This document shows positions 1 to 14,112 of a stretch of 64,000 nucleotides of DNA, in pieces. Under the pieces are notes generated by a model. It ran no database searches. It was not told where the DNA came from and worked only from the letters and a program-made list of their open reading frames with translations. Source of the DNA: Pristiophorus japonicus (lineage: Eukaryota); contig NC_091977.1 in NCBI RefSeq assembly GCF_044704955.1, positions 84,568,001 to 84,632,000 of the forward strand, read 5' to 3'. The number at the start of each line of letters is the position of its first letter. Position 1 is the stretch's first letter. Position numbers and translations under genes: made by a program.

Positions 1-240
1 ATTGCATTAGAGAAGGTGATGGTGGTGAACCGCCTTCTTGAACCGCTGCAATCCTTGTGGTGAAAGTGCTCCCAAAGTGCTGTTCGGGAGGGAGTTCCAG
101 GATTTTTACCTAGGACGATGAAAGAATGGCGATATATCTCCGTCAGGATGGTGGGGAACTTGGAGGTGGTGGTGTTCCCATGCACCTTGCTGCCCTTGTC
201 CTTCTAGGTGGTAGAGGTCAATGTTTTGGGGGGTGCTGTC
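1..240 (-). mobile_element. 3' fragment of a CR1/L2-group LINE (same family as 41115-42520)
   Basis: Reverse complement aligns with 18330-18570 and 42250-42480 (ctagaaggacaagggcagcaaggtgcatgggaacacc; cctggaactccctccc). Confidence 0.75.
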
Positions 241-1214
241 GTTTGCTCCTGTTAATCTTAATCCATTACAAAGATACAATTATACTGATTGGCACCAGTA
301 GCGAGGAGAATCCAAAACACGTAAATTATGGACAACTTTTTAAAACATTTCAGTGTTACTGTGCAAAAGCACAATGGGGTAGATTTGGTATGGTGGTTCT
401 CTGACATCGCCGTAATTTTGGGAGCAAATAGTTGGAAACTCGGAGAAACAGCGTAAACGGCTCTTTGTGGCCGAAGTGGCAGATGAACGAAATTCCAGGC
501 AAGTATCAATATCTTGCATGCTGGTACAGCTTCGAACACCTAAAAGGATCTCATAATTAGTTCTCCTTTTATTTTTCGAATGAATGGGGATGGAGTGAAT
601 ATTGTAAATAGATTTTTTTAAATAAACCCTTAACAGCAAATTGTGAGTAAAAACAATGAGGGATAATAAAGTAAGCATTAAACCAACTCCCAGTGGTCAA
701 GTCATCCAAAACAGTCATGCAGCAGTTTTTGTGGGTGAGGAGCACCAAAGGTGGTATCTCGAAATGCATCAAATTCAGCATGGGACCATTTACATTGCGC
801 TTGCATCGGACTTAATGATGCTCGCACTGGATAGCAACGCAGCCTTGTTTTTTAAATCGCACCAAACCTTGAGCACAAATAATCAGATACGCAGACCTCT
901 GTATCTGATTTCACAACCTGCGCTCTCAACCATCAAAGCTGTGTCAGGACTGAAATAGTGCAGAGTTTACCCTCATGACTCTTTGCATAAGAAATGCTGC
1001 CATATATTGTGTTTCTGTAACATTAACTAAAATAAAATCATGAACCTACAACTGCAGCTGGCAATTTCCATTTTCCATTGGTACCAAAGTCAGTCACGAA
1101 AATTAATTACTTTTAACATTTTATATATTTTTGACTGACTTGATTTAATAAAAACCTACAATGTTGCTGTTACAACTAACACTGCCAAAAAAAAAAGATT
1201 AATTGATCACTCCC

Positions 1215-1490
1215 TCATAGTAGTCTAGTAGTTAGGATGCTAGGCTAGCAAGCCAGAGATCATGAGTTCAAATCCCACCAGCGCAAGCTGTGAAAATGAA
1301 TCTGATATCCAAGAACATTTAAAATACATCCTGTTTGTGGGACTTTGCGCTGAATAAATCGGCTTCTGCCATTTGTCTACAAAAAGGACGGTGACTACAT
1401 CTCAAAAGTGACCCACTAGTTATAAAATGTTTTGGACATCCTGAGTATGTGATAAGGTGTCATATAAACCCCAAGTTCTTTTTCTTCTTA
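1215..1490 (+). mobile_element. Degenerate tRNA-derived SINE pieces (pol III head plus L2-type tail)
   Basis: A-box-like tagtctagtagttagg and B-box-like gagttcaaatccc; 1330-1490 resembles the tail of the SINE at 14113-14570. Confidence 0.5.
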
Positions 1491-1568
1491 TATGCAGGTT
1501 CAAAATCAACCAGCCACATTGCCAGTCTGTTTAAACTGACTTTTCTTTCTTGGAATGTAAAATCTGGA

Positions 1569-1883
1569 GTTCACTGAAATCACAATAAAATTGCAGCTCT
1601 ATATTTGGAGGATATAAAAACTACGCAAAGGCAACATTTATTTTTATATTTTAAAATAGCTTATAGTACAACTGGGGAAAAACTGAAATTGTCCATTATT
1701 TCATTTTGATTTTTGAGAAACTGGCATTTAAATTTAATTTTCAAATCAAGTGTTGAAATTTGAATGGCACAGAAAAGACACCTTTACAGGAAAGCTTGAA
1801 CAGAACACGCAAGTGACTATTTAATCGAAAATGTTCCTAATGAACAGGACATGCCTGCTTTAAAAACTGGAAACGAAATTCAG
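1569..1883. repeat. Arm 1 of a local inverted duplication (partner 3936-4280)
   Basis: Reverse complement aligns end to end with 3936-4280. Confidence 0.9.
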
Positions 1884-1974
1884 CTAAGGTTTCATTCCGC
1901 ATATAATTTACATGTTGCTGAAATGTGGTGTGCAGCTTTCAATGCAACTCCTTTTTTTCAAAATTGTGCTGTAA

Positions 1975-3070
1975 CAACTTGCATTTGTACAGTGCCTTTA
2001 ACGTAGAACGTCTGAAGGTGCTTAGTCACAGCAAATATTGACCCTGCACCAAAGGAGATACTAGGAGGCTGACCAAAAGTTTGGTCAAAGAGGTAGATTT
2101 TAAGGAGAGTCTTAAAGGAAGAAAGGGAAATGGAGAAAAGGAGTTCAAGGAGGGAATTCCAGAGAATGGGGGCTAGGCGGCTGAAGGCAATGCTGGGGCA
2201 AAGAAGGCTGGGCCGCAGAATGGGCAGGGGGGTTTATCGGTTGGAGAAAGTTATTGAGAAAGGGAAGGGCGAGGTCATGAAGGGATTTGAACACGAGGAT
2301 GAGGACAACTTGCATTTATATAGCGCCTTTAATGTTGCCAAAACTTCCCAAGGCACTTCACAGTAGCGTTAACAGATAAAATTCCACACCAAGCTACATA
2401 AAGAGATATTAAGATGGTGCTTGGTCAAAGAGGTAGGTTTGAAGGAGCGACAAAGGAGGAGAGCGAGGCGGAGAGGTTTAGGGAGAGAATTCCAGCCTCG
2501 GCAGCTGACGACAAGGCCACCAATGGTGGAGCAGTGAAAATCAGGGATGTGCAAGGGGCCAGAATTGGAAGAGCGCAGAAATCTTGGAGGATTATAGGGC
2601 TGGTGGAGGTCACAGAGATCAGGAGGCCATGGAGGCATTGGAACACAAGGATGAGAATTTAAATAAAAATCTATGTGTTGTCAGACAATGTAGATCAGCA
2701 ACAACAGGGATGATGGGTGAGCAGGTCTTGGTGCGGGATAGGATATGGGTAGTAGTGTTTTGGATGAGCTGAGATTTCCGGGAATTGGAGGATGGAAGAT
2801 GGTAGAAGAGCATTGAAATAGTTATGTCTGGAGGAAACGAAGGAGTGGAATATGGTTTCATTAGCAGCTGGGCTGAGGTAGGGGCAGAGGAGGGCAAAAG
2901 TACGGAAGTGAAAGTAAACGATATTTGTGATAGAGCAATTGGGTCTAAGTTCAGAATAGAGTTGCATAGGACGCGAGGTTGAAAACAGTCCGGTTCAGCA
3001 TGAGACTGTGGCCAAAGAAGGGGATGGGATTGTTGGAATGGGTACAGAGTTGGTAGCGGTGATGAAAACC
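1975..3070 (-). mobile_element. Two tandem L2-type LINE 3' fragments
   Basis: Two tails reading approximately aaaggcgctatataaatgcaagttg on minus (near 1975 and 2307); purine-rich plus strand typical of antisense L2 RT C-terminus. Confidence 0.65.
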
Positions 3071-3935
3071 AATGGCTCCACTTTATGCCCTATGAGTCCC
3101 CAATAAGTTTGAGCTGTGATGAACACATTTCATAATTTATTGTAAGCTCTGGAACCTTCCTCCTAACTGACTTTGATTACCACGACAAGTACCGTCCCTT
3201 GTACATTGGGTACAGTGAACCCGTCAAGAACATTACATTAGGGAACATCCCGTGCTGTCTCTCTTGCAGGGAAGTGCCTCAGACTGTGCTGTACTGAATT
3301 TTACCGATGTACCAAAAATAAATTATAATTCTTCAAAGTTTTAAATGTTTTTAATCATTAATATACTCATCAAATTTATAATGGAACAGTAATCACTGGT
3401 TAATGCAAGAGTCAAAGGGGGAGAAATTATCCTGGTTTTCGCCTCCCGTTAGTGCCTGCGGGAGAAGGTAACAGGGCACTAAGGGTTTACCGACGGGATG
3501 CGGAAAAATTACTGAGGGCTGCGAACTTCCCTGGTAGGTTTTGTGTTGGCGCTAATATTTACCGCCTCGCTCTCTTGCGCCCCGTAGATCATGGCGTCAT
3601 CCAGTGAGATGCACTCCATTAACGCCTTGGATGTAATATTCGTTCCGGCCCCCCTGCAGCATCGCCGGGAGTCAACAACGGCGGCTGCAGGAGGCATTGT
3701 CACTCCCGCTTGGGGAGTGATATTTAAAGACAGTGGTGGTCGGGTAGGGCAAAATTTATTTATCTCCACATTCTGGTGTCTCCTGATTTCTTTTGCCCCT
3801 GTGATTCCTCAGCCCTGCAATCTCAGAGTGCATCGGGCTGCTATGCACGTAGTGCAGGTGCCGTGGCCCAACACAGACAGCAAGAAGATTTATTTAACCT
3901 ATCATTGGCACTTCCCTTTAAGCGAGGGAAGGAAC

Positions 3936-4280
3936 CTGAATTTCATTTCCAGTTTTTCAAGCAGGCATGTCCTGTTCATTAGGAACAGCAAGTGTTCCTG
4001 TTCCTTACATTTTCGATTAAATAGTCACTTGTGTGTTCTGTTCAAGCTTTCTTGTAAAGGTGTCTTTTCTGTGCCATTCAAATTTCAACACTTGATTTGA
4101 AAATTACATTTAAATGCCAGTTTTTCAAAAATCAAAGTGAAATAATGGTCAATTTCAGTTTTTCTTCAGTTGCATTAACTTTTTTTTAGCTATTTTAAAA
4201 TATAAAAATAAATGTTGCCTTTGTGCAGTTTTTATATCCTCCAAACATAGAGCTGCAACGTTATTGTGATTTTAGTGAAC
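3936..4280. repeat. Arm 2 of the local inverted duplication (partner 1569-1883)
   Basis: ctgaatttcatttccagttttt ... ttattgtgattttagtgaac is the reverse complement of 1569-1883, with two short extra segments. Confidence 0.9.
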
Positions 4281-4324
4281 AGCAACTGAACAGCAGCAGA
4301 AAAAAGGCCATTATTTCAATAAGA

Positions 4325-4990
4325 ACAGGCGGTGAAGAATGCAAATGGTATGTTGGCCTTCATAGCTAGGGGATTTGAGTATAGGAGCAGGGAGGTCTTA
4401 CTGCAGTTGTACAGGGCATTAGTGGGGCCACACCTGGAATACTGTGTTCAGTTTTGGTCTCCTAATCTAATGAAGGATGTTCTTGCTATTGAGGGAGTGC
4501 AGCGAAGGTTCGCCAGACTGATTCCCGGGATGGCAGGACTGACATATGAAGAAAGACTGGATTGACTGGGCCTGTATTCACTGGAGTTTAGAAGAATGAG
4601 AGGGGATCTCATAGAAACATATAAAATTCTGACGGGACTGGACAGGTTAGATGCAGGAAGAATGTTCCCGATGTTGGGGAAGTCCAGAACCAGGGGTCAC
4701 AGTCTAAGGATAAGGGATAAGCCTTAAGCCCGAGATGAGGAGGAACTTCTTCACTCAGAGAATTGTTAGCTTGTGGAATTCTCTACCACAGAGAGTTGTT
4801 GATGACAGTTTGTTAGATATATTCAAGAGGGAGTTGGATATGGCCCGTATGGCTAAAGGGATCAAGGAGTACGGAGAGAAAGCAGGAAAGGGGTACTGAG
4901 GTGAATGATCAGCCATGATCTTATTGAATGGTGGTGCAGGCTCGAAGGGCCGAATGAACTACTCCTGCACCTATTTTCTATGCTTCTATG
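4325..4990 (+). mobile_element. CR1 LINE, 5'-truncated 3' end
   Basis: ORF 4332 ANGMLAFIARGFEYRSREVLLQLYRALVGPHLEYCVQFWSP nearly matches the ORF2 C-terminus at 52640+; ttctatg tail. Confidence 0.95.
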
Positions 4991-7900
4991 CAAAGACGGC
5001 AGCGCTGCACAGAACATTGTGCCCCGCTCACTCACTTTACCGCTCCAAGGGAAGTGCTGAACCGGAAGTTTTTCACCCACCGATACTTTTGCATTCCCTG
5101 AAAAGTTAGCGCTCCAAACGGGATGTTACGCAATTTCTAACCCTATATAATTAAGATAATGCAAGTGTTTTTTTGTTAATTTGTTCTTGGATTATTGAAA
5201 TAATAGCCTTTTTTCTGCTGACAATTATCCGTTCTTGAAAGTCGTCCATAAATTGTCTTCTCCACAAGAGTGCAGCAGGTTAATTTTACTTTCCTCCCAA
5301 TGTAAAGCATTTTGTCAAAAATATATATTTTTTAAATCAACTTTATTATATAAAAGCACACAAGCGGACAGCCCCCTCTCCCATTACATATTCAGAAAAT
5401 ATAAGCCAAAATAGCAATTGCTTTAATTTCCCCAAGAAACTTTCTGAAAATGCTGTAAAGAAAGCAAGTCCATAGGGTTTACATCGGTTTTCTTTGGTCA
5501 ATCAGATTGTCTGACATACAGAGAAACCAACTACCATATTACACAATCAAACTACTGAAAAATTCACGCAAGTAGAATTTCAGTTTCCCCAATATGGATT
5601 GTACCCGGTAAGGATACACCTTATTTTCTAAGCCTTGACTTTTTAAGTGTACGTTAGCAAGAGCCATGGTTTACGGAGTCCAAGTGTGCAGAGTACAGCA
5701 TAAATTTAACCAACTAGTTTATCAGCATACAGCACCATTAAGCTTCCCCACTACTTGTCTAGCTACAACCAAACGGTTCCTCAATTGATTCATAGAGTTT
5801 CATGGATCTGAGGGGGAACAATTTCAGCCCTCAGTGACAAGTCTGCCTCTCCAGATTCCATCAATTAGTCAGGCTAGTTGGTCACTCATTAGCAGCATTC
5901 CCTGTCATACCACTGCTAAAAGGGATCACACTAGGTCCAATTTCCCATCACCAGGCCTGTCATCTTGGAACTCAACCCTCAAAGACACCCGTTTACTCCC
6001 TGTTCTAGGGAGTATAGTCAGTAGTTGGGTGTTAGGCAAATGACACACACGAAACCGAGCCTTTTCTGGGGGAACAGCAGATATTCGGAACTAATACTGA
6101 GTGCCATGGTGAGCATCTCATCAGAAAATCTGAGTGTGCATTGCCACCAACCTGATGAAGTAAATCTGGAGCAAATCTTCCCCTGTTGCTCTTGGGTGAA
6201 GCAGAGAAAAATTGTGTAAGGAGGACCGCATATCCATAACAGAGCCCGTCTGATTTCACAGGAAAATCAAGCAGCCCCATTGCAGGCATACAATCCTCCC
6301 GACCCGGCTTTTCTCTGCGCACTCTGTCCGGATGACCAGTTACATCCAAGTGGAACAGAGGAAAATCCGCCCCTTTGAGCTTGTGGCACAACTGCTGTTT
6401 CCTGCCAACATGTGCTCATGTACCCACAGTTCAGTGTCTGCCCTAACTGGGCAGCAGAAAGCTAAATAATTGCTGTTGCAACTCGGAAGCTCCAACTCTC
6501 AGAACCACTTTTGGATGGGAGTGTGGTGTATGGCGACGCTGTGGTTTAACACAGCCGGGACTTCTGTTACACTAAAGAATAGTGAAAATCATAGTGTGCA
6601 GAAAAGCAACAAGAATTATATCAACTGTAAAAGAGGACAAGGTATGGAGGGTAAATTAGAGAAGCTTGAATAGAAGGCCCAGGGGAAACCTCACTGAGAC
6701 CTATAAAATATTAAATGGTGATCCCAAAATATTACTTCGAAGTAGGTCAGGCCAAATGGACCTGGAGATGTAAATTCAAACGAGTAAAAAGCAAATTTAA
6801 AATATTTTTTTTTACTCAAAGGGTACTAGAAGTTTGGAATAATCCGTGAAACAAAACAATGTAGTTAAAGACATTAAGGGAAATTCAAATTCAGTTAAAT
6901 GGTAGGCTGGGCAAGTTAAAATATTAGCTTAATTCCAATGTACTAAATTGCCTTTTCTCAGCTTTAATTTTTTATATTTATATAAAAATACTGAATTATC
7001 AAAGACATTCATGTGATAGTATATGTTATAAAATGATGTGGGTTTTTAGTGATTTTCTTATTTTATGAAATTTTAAAAATCTGCCGTAAAGCTTCAGAAG
7101 CTATAGTTATGCGACAATACCAGTTTCTGGGCTGAATGGCCGAGTTATACAGTGACACCTTTCACTGAGCTCAATGATAATGGGGCTCCGTATGTGTGTA
7201 CGGGAAGGTACGCACCAAGCTGTACTCCCTGGTGGTTAATTTGTAATGCTGCAAGAGAGCTGGTGGTAGAATTGTTTCTCTCGGAACATTAAAGTCAACA
7301 GTTAGTTTGTAAATTTCCTAGACATTGCAATAGTCCACCTGGGCACTTTCTGAATATGGCTTTGCCCTGAGCTGGAGTTACATTACACCTGGTGCAAAGC
7401 CCAACTGGTGCGCGAGAACACTGACCTCAATCTCGAATTAAACCGCCACTTCCGTGTCAACGCAACTCAAAACCTCTTTGAAAATAAAAGTGATAAGATA
7501 AACGCAGCCTTGGTCATTAATAGTTGTTCGGTAAGAAATTTGTTTTCATATTAAAGTCTTATTTGGTTGCAGCTTGGCTCAGGATGAATTGTATGGTATT
7601 GCCGACTGTATAAATATCCATTCAATAAAGTAAACATCACCAATAATAGGCGATTTGGCCCATCTATCTCTTTCTGTCATTCAGGTTGTTTCAAGCCAAT
7701 TTAAGAAATTGTTTAAAATTTTCCAAAGTGAAACGCTCATTCTTTTGCTCTTTGCTGACTCATTCATCGATCCATATCCCTTATGAGTCCTTCAACTTGA
7801 GTCAGTATCACTGTACTAGTCTATTCCATATGCCAATGAGCTGAGGCATGAAAAGTTAGTCCTCAAATTAAATTTGGTTTCTGTCTCTTTACCTTATAAT

Positions 7901-9134
7901 TATATTCTCCGCACCTTCTATCCTGGTGTTGCAAAAAATATCTTTGGATATCCAGAGTTATATCATTTTAAGTCTTGGATTTAACTGATTGCAGCTCAGG
8001 CAGAAGCTACAATGGCACCCCGGGTTTCCTGCTCTTAATTACTATCAAGTGACTCCTGCTGGGAAGTGGGCATGAGTGAAGATAAGATTGGGCCCGGCTG
8101 TGATGCCCCACATAGTTGAATCGTCTACAATGATACATTATCTGTGCTCACACATGACGAATGGCCATTAGGATGCAGCGTGCTGTTGTCTGGGGAATAC
8201 TGAGCACCCTCAAGGAAGGAGAATGTGAAAGAGGCTAAATTAAACCTTGAAGTAGGGTATTCCCTCATTTCTTTCCCGCAAGATACCAAGGTTCAGTGTC
8301 TAACCTACTATGCTAACTTTAGCGAAGTGGATAATGTAATCGGTTAGACACCAATCTTCATTTCTGGGACTTAACTTCATATACAGCTAACAGCAATGAG
8401 ATGAATTTTCTCTATATGCTGGCTGCAATGTTTTTGGACAGTCTGAATCCACTTCCCAATGGGCATGAACCCAGAGTACAAAACCAGCCTAAATTCAGCA
8501 CTAATTTACCAATCTCTCTCAGAGACCACAGGATGGCTGGTGTGGCAAATGAAAAATTGTCAAAAATTGCAGTAGAGGGTGCTCTTCTGAGATTGGGGCC
8601 AAAGTACATTGTTGGAGCAAAGCAAAGGGAGATTGAGCCTGCATCTATGATTCTATACCTAACCTGGACTGTGTGCTGCTGGATGCCCAAAATGGAGTGT
8701 GTTCCCAGACACCAATATCCCGCACCTCAATGATCAAAATAATATTTGCTGTACTAATGCAAAGAAATCATATAAAGCTTTACAAAAGTGCTATTCACTA
8801 AACTTCTTGTGTGGTATCACAGACAGTTTGAGGGACAAGACTCATCTTCCCACACCAATGAATTTACAATCTCATTCACGTGGCTATGACCTGCCGATCT
8901 GAGCTCAGACTATGTAGCACAGGTTAAGGGAAAGAAATTATGAGGTAGAACCATTCCTGGACTATTCTCGTGTGCCTTCTGGCAACTGTAGGCGGTCCTT
9001 TCCCTGGGGAGCATAGATACCAAAATTTGAAGATAAATCCTTTCGAAATGCAGTAAACAATCTTTTTGTGTGCACATATAAGTCTCTCCCCATCTCTTGA
9101 TTTCTTTACAACAGTCAGCCCCTTTATATGTACT

Positions 9135-9290
9135 AATACAGAAAATGCTGGAAACACTCAGCAGATCAAGCAGCACCTGTGGAGAGAGAAACAAAGTTTC
9201 AGCAACCTTTTTCTCTCTCCACAGATGCTGCTGTGTTACCACTGCATTTTCTGTTTTTATTTCAGATTTCCAGCATCCACAGTATTTCCC
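9135..9290. repeat. Short foldback repeat, probably Penelope-derived
   Basis: acagaaaatgctgg...cagcacctgtggagagagaaa paired with ttctctctccacagatgctg...cattttctgt; same family as 33268-33422. Confidence 0.6.
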
Positions 9291-9737
9291 TGTCGATGTA
9301 TGTCCAGTTACAGGTGTCCTTTTGTACTGCCTCAGTACATTGCAAGTACTTAATTAACGAAACGCTACAGGTACCAACTATCCATAACATTTGTAACTGG
9401 ATAAATATGCATGTATAACTGGCTTCAGTCAAAAGTTAACTGTTCATCTGCAGCGCTGTTGGGTTAAAAACAATCTATTGCACAACACAAAGGCCAAAGG
9501 AATTACAAGGCAAAGGTTCTTGGAGTTGGGCACAAAGGAGATAAACCACAAGAAAGGAAAGCAACAGACCACTAGCCAACTGCTCATGGTGTGGGAACAT
9601 TCAGTACTCCTTTTATTCTTCTAGTTCCAGTGAGCAAATCTACATCTGAAACATTTGAATGGAACAGTGCAATTGTTTTTTGTATTATAGAAATTCCAAT
9701 CAAATGAGCAAATTGATGTTTCTCTGCACAAAACTAA

Positions 9738-9911
9738 ATGGGATTATTTCCCAACTTCACTGCCTGGGCAGTAACCTGGTAGAGCAAATCGCCTGCCTTT
9801 CATAGAACCCGCGCTCTCTTCATTCCATTGAAATCAATGGGACGAACAGCGAGCGAGTTCGATCCGTTCCTCAGATTACTGGCCAGGCACAAAGTTGGAA
9901 ACTACGCCCAT
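9738..9911. mobile_element. Degenerate MITE
   Basis: Imperfect TIRs atgggattatttcccaactt / aagttggaaactacgcccat. Confidence 0.45.
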
Positions 9912-11067
9912 AAGTCCAGTATTATTTTACTTTGCATATAGCAGCTAGATATTTGTGTGTGCGCTGAAAATAAGCCAGTTAAAAACCATGCGTAGTTTTA
10001 CACGTGAAAAAAAATCAAACTAGTCTGCGCTGTGAACCAGTTTGACTATCCGGATTTTTCAAGTTCATTTTTTACACAAGCTCAGTAAACCAGCCTGTAT
10101 TGTTTCTTGTTAGATTAAGATTTGACAGCTGACAATTTTTTTTGGATACATTACTTCTACTTCAATCTCAGAAGAACATGCATTGTCAGCATCATACATG
10201 GGCTCGAGTTGGTTACAAGACAGAAATCCAACTGAGGGGTCAGATAGTTTGTTAGCTTTCAATTCCATGCTCTCAGCCAGTACTTTTTTTAATGTACATT
10301 CATCCGTGCGTTAAATTTATCCAAGAAGTAAAGCCATAACAGGCACAAGGTTCCCTTAAGATAAAGGTTATCCTCAGAGGACTTTCTGGACAACAGGAGC
10401 TTTTTAAACCTCCGCTGGTGCCGCTGCTGCTTTTTGTCTGCTGCCATTGAGTGACGACAAAAAACACAGCTTCAGCTTTTCTCAGTGATGAAACAGGAAA
10501 GGATTTAACATCCTCTATATAGGGTTGCATAGTTTCGTAAAATCCACTCTGTCTGCTGATTGTTACAGCGTTGGACTAGCAACCTTAGAGCTTGACAGCT
10601 TTCCGTCACGTAACAGGAAGATGAAATGCTATATCCTGGTGGCCTCAATGGTGGTAATAGAATCAGAAGATACAATAAAATCTGAAAATGGCCTGTTTGG
10701 ATCTGGAAAATGTAGAATTATGTATATTATTAAAATTAATTACAAAAAAACACACAGCTTGAACTTCTTTTACCAAGTGTGCAACATACTCAAGGGTTCT
10801 GGATGACACTGACAAGCTGTGCAGGTGCTATTATGTTAATGAGCCCCTCAAATGTACTGCAGCACTAAAACATGCTCCTAGCCATCTGTAACTCTGTTTT
10901 GCAATTTACAACTAGTTGATATCTACAAAACAAACCACAGATTGTATTTAGAACCAAACCACACCTAGCACTGACCATCCAGATTTACAGATGAATCTGG
11001 ACAGTTACATAAAGTAGCCTGCATTTTTGTAAAAAAAAAGACAGCTGCCAATTTTACATACTGTAAA

Positions 11068-11420
11068 ATCATCAACGTCATCATAGGCAGTCCCTCAAAA
11101 TCAAGGAAGGCTTGCTTCCACTCTTAAAATGAGTTCTTAGGTGGCTGAACTGTCCAATACGAGAGCCACAGACTCTGTCACAGGTGAGACAGATAGTCGT
11201 TGAGGGAAGGGGAGGGTGGGACAGGTTTGCCGCACGCTCTTTCCGCTGTCTGCACTTGATTTCTGCATGCTCTTGAGGTGCTCAATGCCCTCCCGGATGC
11301 ACTTCCTCCAATTAGGGCGGTCTTTGGCCAGGGACTCCCAGGTATCAGTGGGGATGTCGCACTTTATCAGGGGGGTCCGTTGCCCACCTTTGGCTCGTTT
11401 GCCGTGAAGAGGTTCCATTA
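11068..11420 (-). mobile_element. RTE-clade LINE 3' fragment
   Basis: LIKCDIPTDTWESLAKDRPNWRKCIREG matches the C-terminus of the 20109-20696 ORF; (CAT)n-type tail. Confidence 0.85.
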
Positions 11421-14112
11421 CTGTAAAATACATAGATACTGAATGGTTGGGAATAGATTATAAAGCAAAGATCAAATTGAAGGATTAGGGTTGCTTGTTA
11501 TCATATAATCCTTGTTCAAGTGTATAAAGTAAAAAGGGAGTTACTAGATTCTGAAAATATGAACGTCTGCCTGTTATTAGAAAACAAGTTACTGTTATAA
11601 TGATAGCATCAAAACACTGACATTTAGCTATTAAGCCACTGTTAAACCAACAGTAAGCAAAGTTTTAGACGTCTATAAAAGCTCATTCTATTATCCTGAT
11701 GTACCACTTTGGACATTTTTTTAATTTAAATGTCCACAGGAACAGCAAAACTCTTAAAACTTGGCGACGTTCATGTATATTTTGACTTACAGCACCGAGT
11801 GTATTACAACTTTTCAGCCGCAAAAATGTATCTGGGAAAATAAATTGGGGTTCCCCATTTCGTGGCAACTGTGTGCAAGAATCTGCAGGGGGAAAAAACA
11901 TGCTTGCCACATAAAACCTGCCAGAACTGAGTACAATTAAGTTACTGTTCAAACAGTTCCTGAATTAAGGAACAGGTCACATGGTCCTGGTATTAGACTG
12001 ACTTTACATTGGTGATATGGATCAACAAAAGAGATTTGCACCAAATCTTGAGTGTTGCACCAAGAGAAAACCATCAGCATTTGGCAATGGCGTAGGGAAG
12101 CAAAGGATGGAGCTGTTTGTTCACCATATACCAGAAATGAAAATACTCCTGAAATGTTTCTAAACCTAAGTGGCCTGCCTTGCAACATTGAGGGAACACT
12201 TGCCAAATCAGAAGGCGCTGTAAATCTCTGGTTAGAAACACTGTGTTCTGCAGCAGTGATCGGGGGCTGCGACACGATTACCCTTGAAGACGTCAAATGC
12301 TGATTCCCAACTTTTCTCAAGGATTGCATTGTCACACTATTTACTGTACTCTTGATGCAGGAAACAATAACTGCTGATTTATATAAACAAGGAAAGTGCA
12401 AGCATTCTCCGGACACAGTACACTGTTCTCTACATTGGTGATGATCACTGACTAAAGACCAGCAAAGATTACTGTACAAGTGATTCCTTAACCAAACCAT
12501 TGGGAAATATGGTCCTCATTTTACATGATCCTGAATGTGTATTATCTTTAACACTGCATTTTCCATTTAATGTGAAAGATTTGTGGTTGCTTTGATTGAG
12601 CCTTTTTACAGTCCTGATTTAAAATCAACATTACGTATGCAAATGTCATCCCACTAACTCGACCACTCTGATATGCAACATCAGTCACTTTTTTGGGTCC
12701 CAAGCTACAAATCTAAGCCTTTTTGATCCCTTTAAAAGTTTTTTATGTCTTGGCTCTATGCAGTTTGTGTCTTGAGAAAAAAAATCAAAATGACCGTATC
12801 GCGATGGTCGCATATTTTTAGATTTGAACTCTCCCTTGATCTCCCGAAACAACAGGGTTAACTGGAGAGATTGCTACCAGAGCACATCTGGAAATCCACA
12901 AGAAGTGGGTGCCCACTGCTGCTGGAACAAGGAGGGTAATTTACACTGAGGACTGCAGCATCAAGACAGTCTCAGCAGCTGTACCATCTCCCTTCCTAAA
13001 GAGGTAGAATGTCACTGTAGCTGCAAAACTATTTTAATTTATTGAGGTTTTACTCCAAAAATAAAGTAAAGATATATCAAAGTAAATTTCAATACTATTT
13101 AATGATTGGACTCTGGGCCAAGATATAGTGGAGCATGGAAATTATTAGATGTTTTGAAAGTACATTTTAATAGGCAATAACTTTTTGTAGCAGATGAGGA
13201 GAATCAGCAATTTATGTTAGCTGCCAAAATATAATGTTTACAGTAGAGACAGATATTTACAGAAGCCTCATTCAGTAATTGATATTTATTAAAAGTCTTG
13301 ATCTTCCAAAACTAAACAGGATTTAGAAAAACTAAAGCGTGTTTATAAAACAATCTTTCAGTTTCTAAAACATTTACAAAGCATTTAATGTTTAGAGTTT
13401 ATTCTGTGTAATTTGATATCTGAATCCCCGCTGTGTTTAATTTCGTATTTGTTTCTTTTCATGAAAAAAAACATAGCTCATTTCTCCGATCGTAACAGCA
13501 ACTAATCTATGAATAATTAGACTATAACTTGTTGCAACATTCTGAAATTAATAACATTGAACTCTTCGGCTATATGTTCTCTTCAACCAGTATCCACTAA
13601 ATTTACACAAAATGTAAAATTCATAAAATAAGCCATGTTGCCTTAAAAAAAATGTTACCAACATATTGACAACATTTTATCTTTTAGATAAGAATTCCAC
13701 AATAACAACAGAACTAAACATTTTTGAATAAATTCCTTCCACACATCGGCTCTTCCTGACTGGTTGATATCTACTGCTTTTTCTGTGCTAATATTAGCAC
13801 AGTATCTGTACAGGTTCTAATCTGTAATTACAGAAGGCTCTTACTACTTAAAAAAAATGAGCAAACAATAGACCCCTGCTGCAATACCCTCACACATCAC
13901 AGCCGTTGATTTAAAGGAACATTGTTTCTAACTCCCTTATTAATAGAGAAACTTTCTAAAACACCCGTCTAAACCACATTTTACCGTGAGGTTTACAAAT
14001 ACTTTCTTGTAGAAAGGAAAGGCAACACTGAATGGCACTGAACAAGAAGAAATTTACTTGCATCAGTTCAAGCTACATCAATTAACATGTGTTAAACTCC
14101 TTAAATACAAAT

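Larger units (their letters stand above)
3417..5143. mobile_element. GC-rich non-autonomous TIR element with nested inserts
   Basis: Imperfect TIRs gggggagaaatt (3417) and aatttctaaccc (5132-5143); CpG-rich interior interrupted by 3936-4990. Confidence 0.55.

Noticed and set aside
1215-1300. tRNA gene
   Set aside because: Only degenerate A/B boxes with no convincing cloverleaf; SINE head. The same applies at 17410, 42781 and 49030
11949-12500. 183-aa ORF and other intronic ORFs (656, 8401, 10525, 28257)
   Set aside because: No recognisable motifs or splice context; consistent with chance ORFs
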